Positions 56,302 to 56,622 of a stretch of DNA of 56,622 nucleotides are shown here, piece by piece; position 1 is the first letter of the stretch, and each line of letters begins with the position of its first letter. Position numbers and translations under genes: made by a program. Where the stretch lies: contig JAAZOZ010000424.1 in the NCBI GenBank assembly GCA_012797505.1, forward strand, positions 1 through 56,622. The letters are read 5' to 3'. This DNA comes from Smithella sp. (lineage in GTDB: Bacteria > Desulfobacterota > Syntrophia > Syntrophales > Smithellaceae). The notes under the pieces were generated by a model. It was not told the origin of the DNA. It saw only the letters and a list, made by a program, of their open reading frames with translations, and ran no database searches.

Positions 56302-56461
56302 GCGAAAAATTCCGGATCAACCGCCTCGCGGCAAGCTGTCGAGGCATGAATTGAACGTCATGATATCGCGGCAAGCCGCGGAGAATGAACGCTCGTCCCG
56401 CTTAAGCGGGACTCAACGCGCGACAGGATGAACAGGACCGGCAATCCTCTGTTCCTCCTCA

Positions 56462-56504
56462 ACAAAAACGGGCAGGCGGCTCTCGTCGGACCTGCCGCCC
56501 GCCC
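56462..56504 (-). terminator. Rho-independent terminator downstream of the cytochrome c gene
   Basis: The minus strand has an 11-bp GC-rich stem (GGGCGGGCGGC / GCCGCCTGCCC, 1 mismatch) followed by GTTTTTGTT. Confidence 0.65.
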
Positions 56505-56529
56505 GGCGGGTGAAAATCCTTCATGAACT

Positions 56530-56622
56530 TTACGGCACCTTGAAGTCGAACTTGTGGCACTGCGCGCAGTAGTTTTCCGATTTGGCATGCTGCTTGTGGC
56601 ACAGGTTGCAGTCCAGCTCCGT
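56530..56622 (-). CDS. c-type (multiheme) cytochrome, C-terminal fragment (5' end outside the window)
   Basis: Translation gives TELDCNLCHKQHAKSENYCAQCHKFDFKVP*, with two CxxCH heme-binding motifs. Confidence 0.7.
   Translation of the reverse strand, partial: TELDCNLCHKQHAKSENYCAQCHKFDFKVP

Noticed and set aside
56358-56588. A 76-aa minus-strand ORF (MPNRKTTARSATSS...) in the trkA-cytochrome spacer.
   Set aside because: It is an Arg/Ser/Ala-rich low-complexity translation. It overlaps the terminator hairpin and is out of frame with the real CxxCH-containing cytochrome reading frame. It has no RBS.

Overview
This 56.6-kb window is a bacterial chromosomal segment of roughly mid-50s %GC. The gene content (multiheme cytochrome c fragment, AmmeMemo genes, type IV pilus PilC) suggests a Desulfobacterota/deltaproteobacterium-like anaerobe, but that is a low-confidence inference. 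All calls come from reading the ORF translations and the DNA; no database search was run.

Layout:
- 1-3.5 kb: an acyl-CoA ligase, an enolase-superfamily enzyme and a metallophosphoesterase.
- 3.6-12.4 kb: a complete minus-strand phosphate-starvation locus in the order porin, phoB, pstS, arsC, pstC, pstA, pstB, phoU, phoR. Clear Pho boxes lie upstream of the porin and pstS.
- 12.6-42.1 kb: one uninterrupted minus-strand translation/transcription mega-cluster. It runs from a strong tRNA promoter through tRNA Thr-Tyr-Gly-Thr, rpmG, tRNA-Trp, secE, nusG, rplKAJL, rpoBC, rpsLG, tuf and the S10/spc/alpha operons to an rplQ terminator. fusA and adk are absent from their usual positions.
- 42.1-46.4 kb: AMMECR1 and Memo genes (AmmeMemoRadiSam proteins A and B, with no radical-SAM partner nearby), translationally abutted to a 772-aa end-to-end fusion of a PLP cysteine synthase with a full-length but motif-divergent cysteinyl-tRNA synthetase, plus a DUF1178 zinc-ribbon gene.
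- 46.4-52.8 kb: tRNA-Pro, an orphan pilC, rlmB, pyrF, rpoZ, gmk, yicC, a DUF4416 gene and a heptose-7-P kinase.
- 53-56.6 kb: a single-domain response regulator, a DUF374 gene broken by a 1-nt loss in a G6 run, Trk/Ktr K+ uptake genes, and the 3' end of a c-type cytochrome gene.

No CRISPR array, IS element, integrase or recognisable defence system was seen. The most unusual item is the CysK-CysRS fusion coupled to the Memo/AMMECR1 genes.
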